Below, in pieces: positions 25,415 through 40,405 of a DNA stretch of 64,000 bases. The notes beneath the pieces are model-generated. The model saw only the letters and a program-made list of their open reading frames with translations. It did not search any database and was not told where the DNA came from. The stretch is from Octopus vulgaris (taxonomy: Eukaryota). The position numbers and the translations under genes are program-made. Where the stretch lies: the NCBI GenBank assembly GCA_951406725.2, contig OX597824.1, forward strand, positions 43,400,001 to 43,464,000, read 5' to 3'. Numbering within the stretch: the first letter of the stretch is position 1; each line of letters opens with the position of its first letter.

Positions 25415-27289
25415 GAGAATAAATAGCCTATTTGAAATCGTAAAAACAGACAAAATGAGATAACAAGAACGAGTGCAATGATAGAACAAAAGTTTGCTTG
25501 GTATTATTTCAAAGTTCCTAGTACTTATCAGTTAATATAATATCCGAAGTTTTAAAAAAAATACTTAATTTACCCTCTCCGTATTACACGTCTCATCTGA
25601 AGTGGTTCTCACTATAAATATTCCAGAATACACGTTGTGTGCTTTATCTTGTTAGCGCTTAATATTTTGGTAAAGAAAATACTGTGAGTTTTTCTGTCTT
25701 GTTTTTGCGTGTTTTTTTTTTTTTCTCATTTTACATTTTCTTATTTTTCAGAACTTGTACTTGAGCTGTTTTCCTTCAACTTTTTTCAATCGATTTTGTT
25801 GCTTCTTGTCTCTACAGTTAGTACTGCTACTACTACTGTCACTACAAATGCTATCACTGCTGCTACTACTACTACAAAGACTAACACCACTAAAAGAGAA
25901 TTGTATTTTTATAATAATAATATTAATAACTTATACAGGCCAGATACTTGGTAGAAGGAATAGTCGCACTTTATATTTTAGTGAAGAATATACTTTATTT
26001 TATCGACCCAGGAAAGTTAAAGGCAAAGCTAATCTCGGCGGGGTTCAATCTCAGAACGTAATGAGCGAAATAACATGCCACAAATCATCCAGTAAAGCAC
26101 TCTTATGGTACCACTGTAAAACAGATGAGCTGCAGAAAGACGCACCGTACAAAATGTGGACTATAGTCGCTCAATCTTCGGAAGCCCCTGGACTTATGTT
26201 AAATCATATGAATTAAAATTGTATAATAAAACATAAAATAAAGAAAACAAGATATGTAAAATATAAAGGTCACGTGCGTTGATCAACACTCTCCCCAATT
26301 ATACACATTCTCTTTACTCAACATCTCCAGCTGCTTAACACTGGGGAACATGAAGCTTTCTTGAGGAGCTCTTTTGTCAGAGTTAATAAATAAAATCCTA
26401 CGCATTACAGTTACTTAACTTGTAATGTTAAGTAAATATAGTTAGAGTACTTTATTAATAGACTTACATCTTACATTCGGACTAAATTATTAATAGCTGT
26501 CATTGTTATGTCTAATGAACTAGTACTTTATATAGAGCTACTGCATGTCATAAGCAACTTGTATAAGTCGTTCGTTGGTCTTGCGTAGAGCTGCGAATTT
26601 CATTTCATTTCAGGTGAAGATGCGCTCCTTCTCGCAAGAGATCGTATCTTATTCGCAGATGGACTTCTTCTTACTGGATAGGAATTTTCTTTCACAAGAA
26701 ATATACTCTCTTTCAAAGACGGATTTCTCGTCAGAGGGCATTTTCTCTTCATGGTGTTTAGAACTTTCTTCACACTTATATATTGCTTTTTTATTGTTCT
26801 TTCCAGTCGTTTTTTATTTTGCTTTGGTGGAGTCTTATTTCGCTTTTACAGTCAACCAATCACCTTTGCCTGTTGTTTGAACCTCGTCTTCTTAAGTGAA
26901 TGGGCGGTACCGCAGTGAAGTGGGATGGTTTATTATCAGATGTGCAGCAGCCGTGCAACTTACTCTTGATGATAAGTTTTAAGTTTCTCTGTTCAACACT
27001 CTCCACAGGGCAAAATTCTGGGTTTGTTTTGTGGTTTTGAGGGGTTGTGTTGACTTGTATATCATTGATAACCTCACCGGACCATAAATCACCGAAAGGT
27101 ACGAAGCCATTAACCACTTTTCTATATTGTGCCATTCTTGTGGTACAATATGTAAAGAAGGAGAGTACGACACAGGTGTCGACGTTGACATCGAAAACCT
27201 TGATGGAGGTCCTTGTATTTCCCCTCCCCAAATATTGTGAAACTAGTTTTATCGTTGTATGTCATGTAACTTTTGTCGAAATTAATTCC

Positions 27290-27411
27290 TTCAATTAAAC
27301 TTAAGAAAACATTGAGAAACTTTGGAGAATATTTTAGGCATGTCTAAACAAGTTAGAAGCAAATGATGAAGAAGAAGAAGAAGAAGAAGAAGAAGAAGAA
27401 GAAGAAGAAGG

Positions 27412-27472
<61 letters not shown>

Positions 27473-28430
27473 AATGATGATGATGAGACATTAATCAAAG
27501 CAATGAATGATGTTAACAAAGTAGCTTGGTGTTCAGAAGGGAGACATAATTCTCCTTCAGAAAATTAGAGAGAAGGGGAAAAAAGAATGTTTCAGGAGAG
27601 TAAAAGAGGTGCTAAGCTCAAAACAGAACAGAAGGGAAAACATCTCTGCAGTAATCACGCTGGTAGTATCTGTAGTGATATTTTCTGGTGCTCTCTGGAA
27701 CTGGATTGGGGGAGAACTAAGAAACATGGAAAGTAAAACCAGAATGACAATTACCATTCATAGGTCATTATACCTTAGAAACTGGTTTGATAAGTTATGC
27801 ATACAACAGAAGGAAGGGGGAATATTGATATCGATAGATGACTGCATGGAAATGGCGGAACTTCATATAAAATAGTATCAGGAATAGCACAAAAAAATTA
27901 TTTCCGCTACCAGAGGAGAAAGAAGCTATTGATACGTAAATGAATCCAAGGAAAGAAAGAAACAAGTGCGAAAAAATAAACATCTGGGTGGGAGAGCTAC
28001 ACGGTCAGAATCTCAGACAAACGCATGATATAGCTACAGGCGAATCATAGTTATGGTTGAAGAATGGAAAACTCGAGAATGAAATGGATGACCCATCGTG
28101 ACTCCCCAAAGCCAGTCACTACAAACGAATGTCATTAGGGTGAATGAGTTTGTGGAACTGCGGAAATTGCAAAGTGCAGTGTTTAAGGAGAAAGATGAGC
28201 CCGTAGTGCACATAATAAGAACTTGTAATCTCTCGGCACATGAAGAATATAAACGCTGACGCCATTGTGTAGTCAAAGCATGTCACTGGGACATATGACA
28301 TCAAAGGGGCTTTGAAAGAAGTGGAAAAGTGGACCAACACCAGTTGCACCATGTGGTTTCATATAAGTATACTCTATTATCTTAAGTTGTCTAGATGTTA
28401 AACAGAGCCCAAAACTGGAATCTATATCAT
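27290..28430 (+). mobile_element. Decayed R4/Dong-like LINE (RT thumb and CCHC knuckle) interrupted by (GAA)n(GAT)n
   Basis: DKLCIQQKEGGILISIDDC (cf. DRLYxxRKEGGRGLxSIEDC) and KCSVFKEKDEPVVHIIRTC..EEYKR*RH. Confidence 0.75.
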
Positions 28431-29137
28431 TAGTTCTGTGACTTTCCGAAAAATACTTGAGGGTATACTCCCGATATGATTGCTCTACAGTAAATTTATA
28501 TTGTAAGCATAAAAAAAATATATAACTAAAGCCTTGAATATGCTTATGCAAACTAAGCTCATGTTATCCTCTCATTAGGTCAATATCGCTAATTCTCTAT
28601 TAATTATAGCTTTCATTGCTACAACGCCAAGCAATGGGGTGTATTTGCATGAAATAAATGAATATTGATTGGTTACTTAGGCATGAAGGCAAACATTTAT
28701 AAGGAACATGTTGTATGAGATTGTTTGACATTCTTACATTTGCGTAGACCATTGGTAAGCTAAAATGCAATGAATTGTTTTTAAATAGGAAATTCAGATC
28801 CTTCACGTACATGGACGTTAAAAGTATTCAATGCCAAGTGTGTGTGTGTGTGTGTATGTGTGTGTGTGTGCATATGTGTAAATGTATGTGTGTCTATACG
28901 TGTGTGTGTCTGCGTGTGCATGTGTGTGCATGTATGTGTGAGTGCATGAAACTCTTAGCGTAGGTAAAGTAAAATTGTCTGCGATTGAGTCTGTAAACAA
29001 AATTGTAAATAGATGACTATTCTCTGGAAAGGCATTAACGTCACAGCCTCTATTTTCCTCCCACATGCAGTTAACATTCAGTTGTTTCATATATACTTTT
29101 GTTCACTAAATATTTACACACACACAGATACGCACAA

Positions 29138-29168
<31 letters not shown>

Positions 29169-29938
29169 CATACATACATACATACACACACACACATATA
29201 TACATATGTATATGTATGTATATATATATATATATATACACATGGAGCGATGGGTAAATAATTGGCACTTTATATTTTTATTTCGCGCATGAGCATTGTT
29301 TGTTTTTGATCTTGTCGACTACACAGTATAGTAAGGTCTGTTGGGCACCGTCCATGAGATAAAAGCACCCTCAGTATAATTTTATTAATGCAGATAAAGA
29401 AAGTTAGCTCATCAAATTACCGGAACATCAAGGCTACACCAACAATCCAACAATATTCACACAAAATTTCCTCGTTATACGTACAACGCACGGAAGGCCG
29501 AAACTGAACAAAATTAAATTGATTTGGTTAATAAAAGTAAAGATATATTGCTTCATATCAAATAAGTTAAAGTGTTAAATAAAATTTAAGTATCTACTCA
29601 TTCTTTCAATGAACAAAAATACGAAGAAATGAGAAAAGTAAGTAAAATAAAGTAAAAATAATATATAGCGTAAAAACCAAGTATATGAAAAATACGACGA
29701 TCGATTCGGCTCATCCTTTAACTGTCCGTTATGGGTAGGATATTGTGCATCTAACTGTGTTGCATGAATCTGTGCAGTTTGTGTCACATCAAGCTCTTAT
29801 CTCAACTAACACTGCAGAACTCCTGATATAGATCTAGAGGAAATATATCCCAATCGTAGATGACACAAGGTAGCCCAAACTGTGAATGCGCTTTACTCAA
29901 CACACTAATTGACATATACCCATTAGTCAAATGAATTT

Positions 29939-29970
<32 letters not shown>

Positions 29971-31818
29971 TGTATGTATGTATGTATGTATGTATGTATG
30001 CATGTATGTGTGTATGTATGTATATGTGTGTGTATGTTTGTGTATGCATATGTATTTGTGTATGTGTACGTATATATATGTATATGTATATATATATATA
30101 GAGAGGGAGACACACACACACACACACATATACACACATACCGCGGCGGCGGCGGTGGTGGTGGTGTTGCTGGTGGTGGTGGTGTTTAATCTATCAAGTG
30201 AACTGTGCTTGTCTGTGGTAAGACGAGAAAAATAGAATAAAGAGGTAGAGAGATAAATAGCGTGTGTGAAAGAGAGAGGGAGTGAGAGATAGAGAAAATA
30301 TAAATAATTGTTAGAGAGAGAGTTAGTGTGGGGTGTGGAATTGTGAGACAGTAATCCTTATTTATCCGGTTAGCAGTAGCAAACCTGTGATAATCCTTTG
30401 CTTAGTATACACCACTAAACACTTCCATATACAGCACACTACCCTACTCACATATACAATGAACACACACTATCATACATTATACATCACCACAACAACC
30501 CTCTATATTACATCATGCATTAAACATTGCTGCCACTACTATACACTGCCACATATCATTCATCAAATATCACCATGAAACATCATAAACTATGCATCAC
30601 TACTACAGTACAACATATACAGCACTTACACAATATTCACAAAGCATGAAGAAAAGAGTACGGCTAACAACATATTTAGAGTACTCACATCTATCTGATT
30701 TGGCTAACGCAAAGAGATATCATTTATGTACAAGCAATATAATAGATCCAGCACAGATTATGTCACTTGTGCATTTATTACCAATCACTCCACAAAAAAC
30801 CATCACAGGCTACAAAAGCAAAATCCGGCACACTTCGCATCAAGGTTGATTACAGTTCGCACCCACAGACTATATGCACAATATAATAAAAGTACAATAA
30901 AAAAAATTACAATGACACAGGAGAGGCAGAAATTTAAATTCAGGAATTCTGCTAATCATGTATAATGATTACCAAACAAAAATGCTTCCAGAACACTACA
31001 AGAAAAGCGCCGTGAAAACACAATTCTCACGCTCAGGCGGATATGTATAAATACACGAGCATATCAATAGCATCAATAAATACGTTACTCTTAAACATTA
31101 TGCTGAGATGAAATGTGCCAATAACAGAGAAATGCAGCAGCTGTTGCATTTGGAACGATTCATTTCACTCCGCCTTTTTTATGATCACCACAAGACTCTA
31201 GGTATACAGAATCTAATTCAATACGCCCAGACTGCCTCACCGTATCATATACAAACAATCACTGCATTCATAATGTAATATATATGCGGAATGAATTCAG
31301 TCGTTCAACCGATTGCTTAGGTGTCGTAAAACTACTTGTTCAGAGCTAACCTGGGGCTACACATTAATAACAAAAATTCACAGAATCATATACCATACGC
31401 CACACACACACACACAGTACACCACATTTTACAGCTCATAATCATCGGCTTGCGCGAACAAGCAGAAAAATGATAAATTGTTTACTCAAAGAAAAGGTAG
31501 TTGAATGTTTTGCTGATATAAAAACAAGCATTAAGACATATGCATACATGCATGCATACATACATACACACATACACACACACCACACGCACACACATTA
31601 GGTTTCTACATCATTATTTCTTATTTCGCAGTTTTATAAGATTGTCTAATATCATTATATATGTAGGAAGATTTAGTCAATGATATTTGACTAAATGGAT
31701 GAGAGCTTAGCCTGATAGGGAAGTGACTGTCTTCAAACATTTCAGTTAGATCCACCACAGAACCTCCTTTGCCACAACCACAAAGCAAAGAAAGATCTGC
31801 CGCCTTACTCTGCCAAAC

Positions 31819-32044
<226 letters not shown>

Positions 32045-32165
32045 TTCTACTCTAGGTACAAGATCCGAAGTGTTTTTTGGGGGAGAGGGCCAGTCGATTA
32101 GATCGACCTCAGTACACAACTGGTACTTAATTTATCGACCCCGAAAGGATGAAAGAGTCGACTCT

Positions 32166-35100
32166 TGCCATTTTTGCAACTTTCATCCACCTTTTGGCAG
32201 CACCTCCATCACCACCCTCACATTCCTTTTCAAGTGAAACTTGAAAAAGTCGATGATGGCTTTACCAAAGAGGAAAGTTTCTGTCCTCATTCCTTTCAGC
32301 CTCGTCCATCAGACACCAGACAAAGGAAAACTGCCTTACCAGCCCGATTAAAAGAGTTTGGCGGGGCAAACATCATTATGGACTTGGACAGCATCTGTTT
32401 GACATAACTCCACAAGTCAGCAATGCCCGGACACTGAACGAGTTCATGGAGAACGATTTCGTCACTCTGCGAGCACCTCGAACAAGCCCTTGTGACAGCA
32501 CATCCGTGCCTATAGAGTTTATCTCGAACCAGTAGCACCCTCCGGTAACACTGCCAGGCCAAAGACTTCTGGAAATTATATATAACCATCCCCGACCGGA
32601 AAGCCCTCAGGAATACACTTTCCAGTTCGTTTTCGCCGACGTCTAGGGTGTCCCCGAGGATGTCCGCTACCAATCCGCTGTAAATATCTAAAGTGGAACA
32701 TCCACCAATCTTGTTGCAACTTTCATCCACCTTTTGGCAGCACCTCCATCACCACCACATTCCTTTTCAAGTGAAACTTGAAAAAGTCGATGATGGCTTT
32801 ACCAAAGAGGAAAGTTTCTGTCCTCATTCCTTTCAGCCTCGTCCATCAGACACCAGACAAAGGAAAACTGCCTTACCAGCCCGATTAAAAGAGTTTGGCG
32901 GGGCAAACATCATTATGGACTTGGACAGCATCTGTTTGACATAACTCCACAAGTCAGCAATGCCCGGACACTGAACGAGTTCATGGAGAACGATTTCGTC
33001 ACTCTGCGAGCACCTCGAACAAGCCCTTGTGACAGCACATCCGTGCCTATAGAGTTTATCTCGAACCAGTAGCACCCTCCGGTAACACTGCCAGGCCAAA
33101 GACTTCTGGAAATTATATATAACCATCCCCGACCGGAAAGCCCTCAGGAATACACTTTCCAGTTCGTTTTCGCCGACGTCTAGGGTGTCCCCGAGGATGT
33201 CCGCTACCAATCCGCTGTAAATATCTAAAGTGGAACATCCACCAATCTTGTTGCCCGATTTGAAGAGGACAGTGAGCGTCTGATGACATTCTAAGTGCCA
33301 GGCGCCCAGTCTCGGCCTATCCTTCGACCAAAACTGCAACTCCCTCAAGGAGACGAGCTGCGAAAAGGCGTGACTCGCAAACGGAGCCCACACACGTTCA
33401 CCTTTTAGAAATCGGTGCAAGTGGTGCAACCTGAGGGCGTGTCTGTGCACTAAAACCTATGGCATGCCTAAGCCGCCACGCAAAGGAAGTTGGCAGAAGA
33501 CCAACCGCCTGACCATTGGAACACGTCCTTTTCACAAGAAAATAAACAGGATACGCTCCAATCTAATCAAGTAGTAACTGGGGCAAGGCACAACATTCAG
33601 GCAATAAATAATGAGACGATGTAGGCATAAGTCACCTCTGCTCGACCTTTCAGGGACAACTTCCTCTTTACCCATTTCTGGGTAAGAGAGGTCACCCTGA
33701 TCGTCACCTCTTCCCAATTCTTATCCACCTGGAGGTCGGTACCAAACCAGATCCCGAGCAGTTTCATTGGTCCGTCAGTCCAGCATCCGACGACGCCGTC
33801 TGACAGAATCGATCTGCCTCTCCAGGTGCCCAGTCGCAATCCCACCGTGTATGCAGACATGCTCTCCCGAGTCAAATTTCGAAACGGAGGCCTCTTAATT
33901 GTTCCAAATTCTGCAGCAGTGGCTCAAGAGCCAGCACATAGAGGGGATGTGATAGCGGGCAGCCCTGACGGACCGAACGTGCGATACTAAACGGTTCCGA
34001 TAGGTGGCCATTTACGTTAACCACCGATCTGGTACCGCTGTGCATTGCAGCAATCAAGCCTCTGAAAACGAGTCCGAGACCGGCCGCTTTCAGGACGGTT
34101 TCTAAATAGCGATGGTCTATCCTATCGAAAGCTTTCGACTAATCTAAATTGATCACGGTACCACCGAAGCCAGCTTTAGTCCCAGCCCTCTCTATGATGT
34201 ATCGCATAAGGTGAAGCTTGTCCTAGATAGACCTGTTCGGGATCGTGCACAATTGTGCCTCCCCGACCAGACTACCAACAAGTGCCAACCTTTCCGCTAA
34301 GACCTTGGCCAAAATCTTTAACTCTGTGTTTACCAGAGTTATGGGCCTAACATTTCCTAGCACGTCCCCATTGTCGGCGCCCTTTCTCAGCAGTGTTATC
34401 ACACCCCGGCTAACAGCACTAGGAATTCTCCCGTTCTGCTGCCAGTTACTGTAGACATCTGCCAAGAGGCTGCCAAACAAATCTGGCATGAAAACAGAAT
34501 TCGTAGGGCAGTCCATCCAAACCGTGCGATTTGCGACTTGTGCAATCGTTCATCACCTCCTGTATTTCAGAGGCTGTAATGGGCTTTTCGCATAATCTCG
34601 CGTCCGTCACTGAGAACCGTGGTAGACCGTCTAGGTACGAAGTAAAGTTCGATACCGTCGTCGACCCATCACTCTTCTCAAACAGCCGCACAAAGTGCTG
34701 CTGGAAAGCCGCACACATCTGCTCAGAACCGAGTATCACGCGTTCGTCCTATCTATCAAAGATATGATCGTGGTTTTGTTTCCACGTCGCGTCTCTACTG
34801 TTCGGGCCCATCGGACCGCTTTAGTTCTTTCGTATTTTAGCGCACTAGCCTTAGCTCTGACAACGCACCCTTCGTGTTTCGCCTGAAAGAAAAGGTCAAG
34901 GGCCATTCTTGCCGTTAACACGTCGGTCGAAATGCCTTTACTAATAGCCTCTTTTAGTTTCCTAACTAGTTCTCCCTTTGATCTATTTCTTTCTATTGCT
35001 AAATCTTTGTTAAACGCTATCGATTCTACTCTAATAACTCTCTTCAGAGCGATCCACCACCGGTTGTCGACGACAGCTCATGTCAACTGCCGCTTAACTA

Positions 35101-36575
35101 GTTCGCTAATCCTGCCCCTGTAGTCTTTGCGAGCGGGTAAGGACGCATTTAACTTCCACCTGAAGAAATCTAGCCTTCCAGCCCCTGTTGGGGCATAAAC
35201 CGACACTAGTCTAAAGGCCCCTCCTTCACTGCCGTTCACGCCCAGGACCATCAGCCTACCATCTGGATCCTGAAAGATAACCCGTACTTGGAGATGTAAG
35301 GATTTCCTCAGTAGCACTGCTACACCGCCACCCGCTCCCAATAGAACTTAAGATGAGAATACCTCGTAGTCTTCGAAAATAGATACTAAAGTGTGTTTTC
35401 CGAAGATCCTTGTTTAACTAATGGCAGCCACGTCCAAATCAAGTGACCTTCGATCATTGGGCAAGTGATCTTGATGGATACATTTCGTCTACTGTCTGGT
35501 GAATATTTGTGAAGTTCTGTAATCGGTTGTTTCTCGGTTTCTTTAATTTCATGCTGTTGTTGAGGATGTTGCTGCTTTTGAAGTTGTTGATCTTGTTTTG
35601 TTCTTGCAGTTTTTGTTGGAGTGGTTGTGAATTGCGTTGCAGTTGTGGTTTCAGAATAAGTTTTTGTTGAGTTTTTGGAGTAGGGCTATGTATTCTCCTC
35701 CTCTTTCGCCTACCCCCTTTTGTCATTGGAATCCATTGATCGTTCAGCTCTTCCTTCTCCATATCATTGCAGTTGATGCTGGCTTAGGAGGAAGAACGTT
35801 CAGGAGAAACTTGCTTTTCCGTGGCAACCGGGGGTATACTCCTTCTTTGTCTTGGTTTAGGAGTGGGTGTGAGCGTAGGTGTGAGCGTGGGTGTGAGCGT
35901 GGGTGTGGGAGAAGGTGTAGGAGTCTCGTGCACTTGTTTATGATTTAGCATTTGTGATACTTGTAATGTTGGCTGCGAACACTAACAGGTGAGTGTCATC
36001 CAAGAGATGGATTAGATCGGGCAGCCTGTCGATATGGTTCTACTGGCATTGCAAGGTCAGTTTCATGCCTATACCTAACCAGTTTTGCTTTGCTAGTTTC
36101 TTGACCTCCAGTATTGTGACTTAGGCTTCTTCTAAACCTCCCAAGACGGCCGCCACTTACTAGGTAATGGATATTTCTGGCGACACATTCAGTACCCTAA
36201 TCTTGGCAAAACGTTGGCCGCGATGGCTGGGGATTAAGAAGTTGTCATTCTTCAAAGTGGTTGCAGAATTACATCTAGCTTCTTCTTCCGTCCCAAATCT
36301 CATCTTGATGGTTCCAAACTTCTTTCTTTAGGTAATGTGGGTCTTTTGTTCCCATACACGCCCAAGGCATTTTTGCACTTCGCTCTCGGGAGCATTTTCC
36401 ACCCACCGAGGCTTGACTTCGATGTAACGTTATCTGACCGTGCATCTTGCGATATTTTCTATCACGTCCGATGGGGGGTTTTGAGCTACCCTTCTCCCAT
36501 CTCTTTTAACAATTTTTCTAGCAGATTTTCATCTTTCTTCTATGTGGAAGCACTCCATATTTCTCGCCGCTGACG
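32166..36575 (-). mobile_element. L1/Tx1-type non-LTR retrotransposon, near full length, decayed
   Basis: APE-like GGGVAVLL..FRLVSVYAP (35078-35341); RT motifs VRPITLVNTELKILAKVLAERL and SVRQGCPLS; C-terminal CSRC..HELVQC knuckle; ORF1 remnants at 35454-36570. Confidence 0.9.
32174..33254. repeat. Near-identical tandem duplication (540/537 bp) of the LINE 3' region
   Basis: 32174-32717 versus 32714-33254. TTGC microhomology at the junction; a 3-bp indel is the only difference I noticed. Confidence 0.95.
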
Positions 36576-36639
36576 CAAAAGAAGTAGAAGCGATATTTGC
36601 ATTTTTATGTTTTATGTTTTATTTCTATCATGTACATTG

Positions 36640-37108
36640 TTTTGTCTTGGTATAAAAGATGGACTACAGCAAGATTTGCCTGTCAGTTGTTTGACCTTTA
36701 CAAGTTGAGCATGTCCCTTAGTGGCTGGCGATATGTGCATCTCTGATCACAAGCGGAAGTATTTGGGGAACATCATAGCCATGTGTTGAGAGGAATTCTT
36801 TGGGGTTTGAATAATTCACCACTGGAAACATGGGTGCTTCGTTCAACATCCTTAAACAAACCTTATTCATGGATATTTTGAGCGGGATGGGCTACTCGAC
36901 CTGCGGAAAATTCTAACTAGACCCCCACCTGCAAGGTCATGCACTTTTATCTTGATATGAGATCACCATGTCGCGCACATATGGTTGTGATGCATGTGAC
37001 TGGTGTACAATTATCAGACGGGTAGTCATGATGGGTATATTGGACATTGTATATTTCACCCCAGTATCACTTTCATGGCATTCACTGCTCTCTCACTCAA
37101 TGATGATA

Positions 37109-37150
<42 letters not shown>
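36640..37150 (+). mobile_element. Retroposon 3' region ending in a (GAT)n tail
   Basis: Non-coding segment terminating in a trinucleotide tail. Family not assigned. Confidence 0.4.
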
Positions 37151-37160
<10 letters not shown>

Positions 37161-37299
37161 TGAGGAGGAGGAGGAGGAGGTGGAGCAGCAGCACCACCAA
37201 CAACAACAGCAGGCGGAGCAGGAGGAACAGGAGCTTAATATTTTCAAATTTAGGAACCAAGCCTGAAATTTGGGAGAACATTCGATTATATCGACACTA

Positions 37300-37700
37300 G
37301 CACTTAACCGGTGCGAAAATGTCATTTCCATCCCTTTTCGATCAAAACATTCCCAGACAGTGAAGAATCTTTCAAAGTAGAAGGATATTGAAAATAACTT
37401 CAAGATGTACTCGAGCGCTTACGTGATATATGAAGTGGCCAGCAATAAATGTAATGCATATTACATTGGGGGCACCATGAGAAAGCTGCACGTCTGCATC
37501 GATGAACATGTCTGTGCAAAGACTTCAGTTCATAAATACCTGCTGAAGTGCCACACCCAGGAGTTTCCTATATCCATTAGAACAACTGAACGTGACACAG
37601 GCAATGAATGAAGGAGGTATTACTAATTAATAAACTGAACCTAGCATTAAACAACGTATATGAGCAAAGAAAAAAAATCTTCTTTATTCTATTCCATTTT
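37300..37700 (+). pseudogene. Penelope-like GIY-YIG endonuclease fragment
   Basis: VIYEVASNKCNAYYIGGTMRKLHVCIDEHV (VIY..C..YIG.T.R.L..R..EH pattern). Confidence 0.8.
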
Positions 37701-37881
37701 TCGATGTGTCCCAATAAAGAAGTTTTAACTCTGAAATATAGAAGTACAAAGCTGTTCAGTTTTTCACTTTTGCATTTCATTTTGCAACAAGTTTTAATCT
37801 GGATGGATGGATGGATGGATGGATGGATGGATGGATGGACGGACGGACGGACGGACGGATGGATGGTTGGGAGGGATGTAC

Positions 37882-37954
<73 letters not shown>

Positions 37955-38762
37955 CGTAGACAGATGGACAGACAGGCAGACAGACAGACAGACAGGTAGA
38001 CAGACAGGTAGGCAGACAAAGAGCAACTCAACAAGCACTTTTGAAAATTGCTGAACTGGGAGGGAAAATGCAGGATCAGTGCCATTTTGTTCCTGCCCGC
38101 TGCCTTTTCTACACTTTCATTTCTTGATAACATTGACTATGCTTACTGTTTAAATTCGCTTTATATCCATATTGATTACTAGTAACGATTGGTTATTCAC
38201 TATACTATATTTTTAATGCTTATTTCCTGTACCTCTTTCGTTTCGGTAGTACATAAAAAAATAAACAAAACCCCTTTCTTGACAACTAGAGGTTCCCAAC
38301 TAACATCTTAAATACAGGGAATTTGCCGTTCTTTGGCATGAAATTGACTGATGGCTTAGATCATCAAACAAAATACCTTACGGTATATACCACAAGAAAA
38401 AGAATAAAGAAAGTGTAATCGATATTTATATTTTATAGAATGCAAGTGCATTTCAGAAAGCCGGCCACCAGTATATTATAGGAGCCTGAAGGCTGCGTTA
38501 CGCAACGATTGCAACCATTCCATTTACATCATCCGTAAAGAAATTCTTATAATAATGCCGATGAAATGGGCTGATTTTATTTATTACATAGTAGGGCATT
38601 TAAGCTTATGTAATCGACGATAGCCGGTTTCCTGAAGCAAGTGTACTTTACATAATACATGAATACTGATTACGTATCCTCTGTTCCTTATATGTATTGA
38701 CATGAACCCACACATGTATATATATTTGTATGTATACATATTTATATGTATACATACCTACA

Positions 38763-39385
38763 TATTGGGTTGTCAGACGAATTTCTTCATTTTTTTCATT
38801 TTGTTATCATTTTAATCCTTAGTTTTCATCAACAATTTTAACAGATCAGTGAATAATATATTTTCTTTCATTTTTCACGACTTGTTGCCAGCTTTCCACT
38901 AGCTTGTCAGCGCCTTGACGGTAATGATCAACAGGTCTTGACTCGAAACATTCATCAATCCACGTTTTCAGCTTCCTGTCGATGTTGAACGAAACGCCTC
39001 GTAGACTGTTGAAGAGTGATTGAGAAATGAATTAATCTGAAGCCACTATATCAGGAGAAATACGGTAAGTGCAATAGAACTTTCCACTTGAGCACTTGAA
39101 TAGCATAATTGGGCAAATTATGCTATTCATAATTATGATGTGGTTGCGAGTGTTGAAAAAGCACGCTGTCGCCGGTCAGACGATTTCAGCTGGATTGCCT
39201 GGTTGGATCAGTGCAATTTGCTTAACGTAAAGCTCTCCCTTGACAGTATGGTTGTTTTCAAGCATTTCATAGTGTGATAGCCCTTCCTAGTTTCACAAAA
39301 CACAGGTTATTGCCTTGCATGGAAGCAGCCCTCGAGGTGGTGCTTGCTTGTCGGTACTCAATCATTCATTTTTCAGCTTCATATA
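38763..39385 (-). mobile_element. Highly decayed mariner 3' half
   Basis: TIR-like tattgggttgtcag at 38763. The minus strand reads SPDIVASD*FISQSLFNSLRGVS. Confidence 0.75.
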
Positions 39386-39993
39386 AATGCTAGACACCGC
39401 CCACACAGGCACTCAACGTCCAACCAAAAGACAGGCCCAATAGATAAATGATACTATGAAATATACTTTTACACCAGCCCACATGCACGCCGATGAATGC
39501 GTGCGCGCACACACACACATACACACACATACACACACGAAGTACCTGTTCACAGAACCAAGTACACTTCACAAACAAACATCCGCTCTCATACTCACAA
39601 ATACGAGAACGCACGCACATAGATGTACACACACACATACACACACGCTCTCTCTCGCTCTCACTCTCTCTTCTTTCCTACTGTTCCTCTCTAATGCATT
39701 TATAGAACCAACTACACCATGCAAACACGCATCCACACATACACATACATTCATACACACATATCAGAACACATGCAGGCATGAGTACGCAATCACACAC
39801 ACTTTTACTCTCTTTCTCATTCCCTTTTTTTCGTGTACATTTCCAATCACATCCAAACAACTACATCGATATTGAACCTAAAACTAAAAGATAGACACAC
39901 CTGAAGCTGACCTGGTATACATATGTCACTGAAGAGATTCGAATGGCGACGAAACAACTTTGTCAAACACGATTGATTGATTGATTGATTGAC

Positions 39994-40044
<51 letters not shown>

Positions 40045-40317
40045 CTGATTCATTACCCGTAAGATTAATAAAATTAATCAAACAATAGATTAGTTAGTTG
40101 ACTAAATAACCAACCAACAAATAAATAATAAAGGAGAGAAATTAAAGCTCTGTGTGAGTTTATTATTGAGATAATGACCCACCCAAGATACAACAAAATC
40201 TATTTCAGCACACGAATTCATATCAAACATCTTTCAAACCATACACACACATCTCTTTCTTTCTATCTCTCTCTCTCTCGTTCTCTCGCTCTCCCTTTCT
40301 TTCTCTCTCTCTCTATT

Positions 40318-40405
<88 letters not shown>

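Noticed and set aside
26421-27170. Possible solo LTR (TG start, reverse AATAAA)
   Set aside because: No second copy, TSD, PBS or PPT could be identified.
29690-29800. Minus-strand GAATCGATCGTC resembling helix III + GUC
   Set aside because: No recognisable CUGANGA box; too decayed to call.
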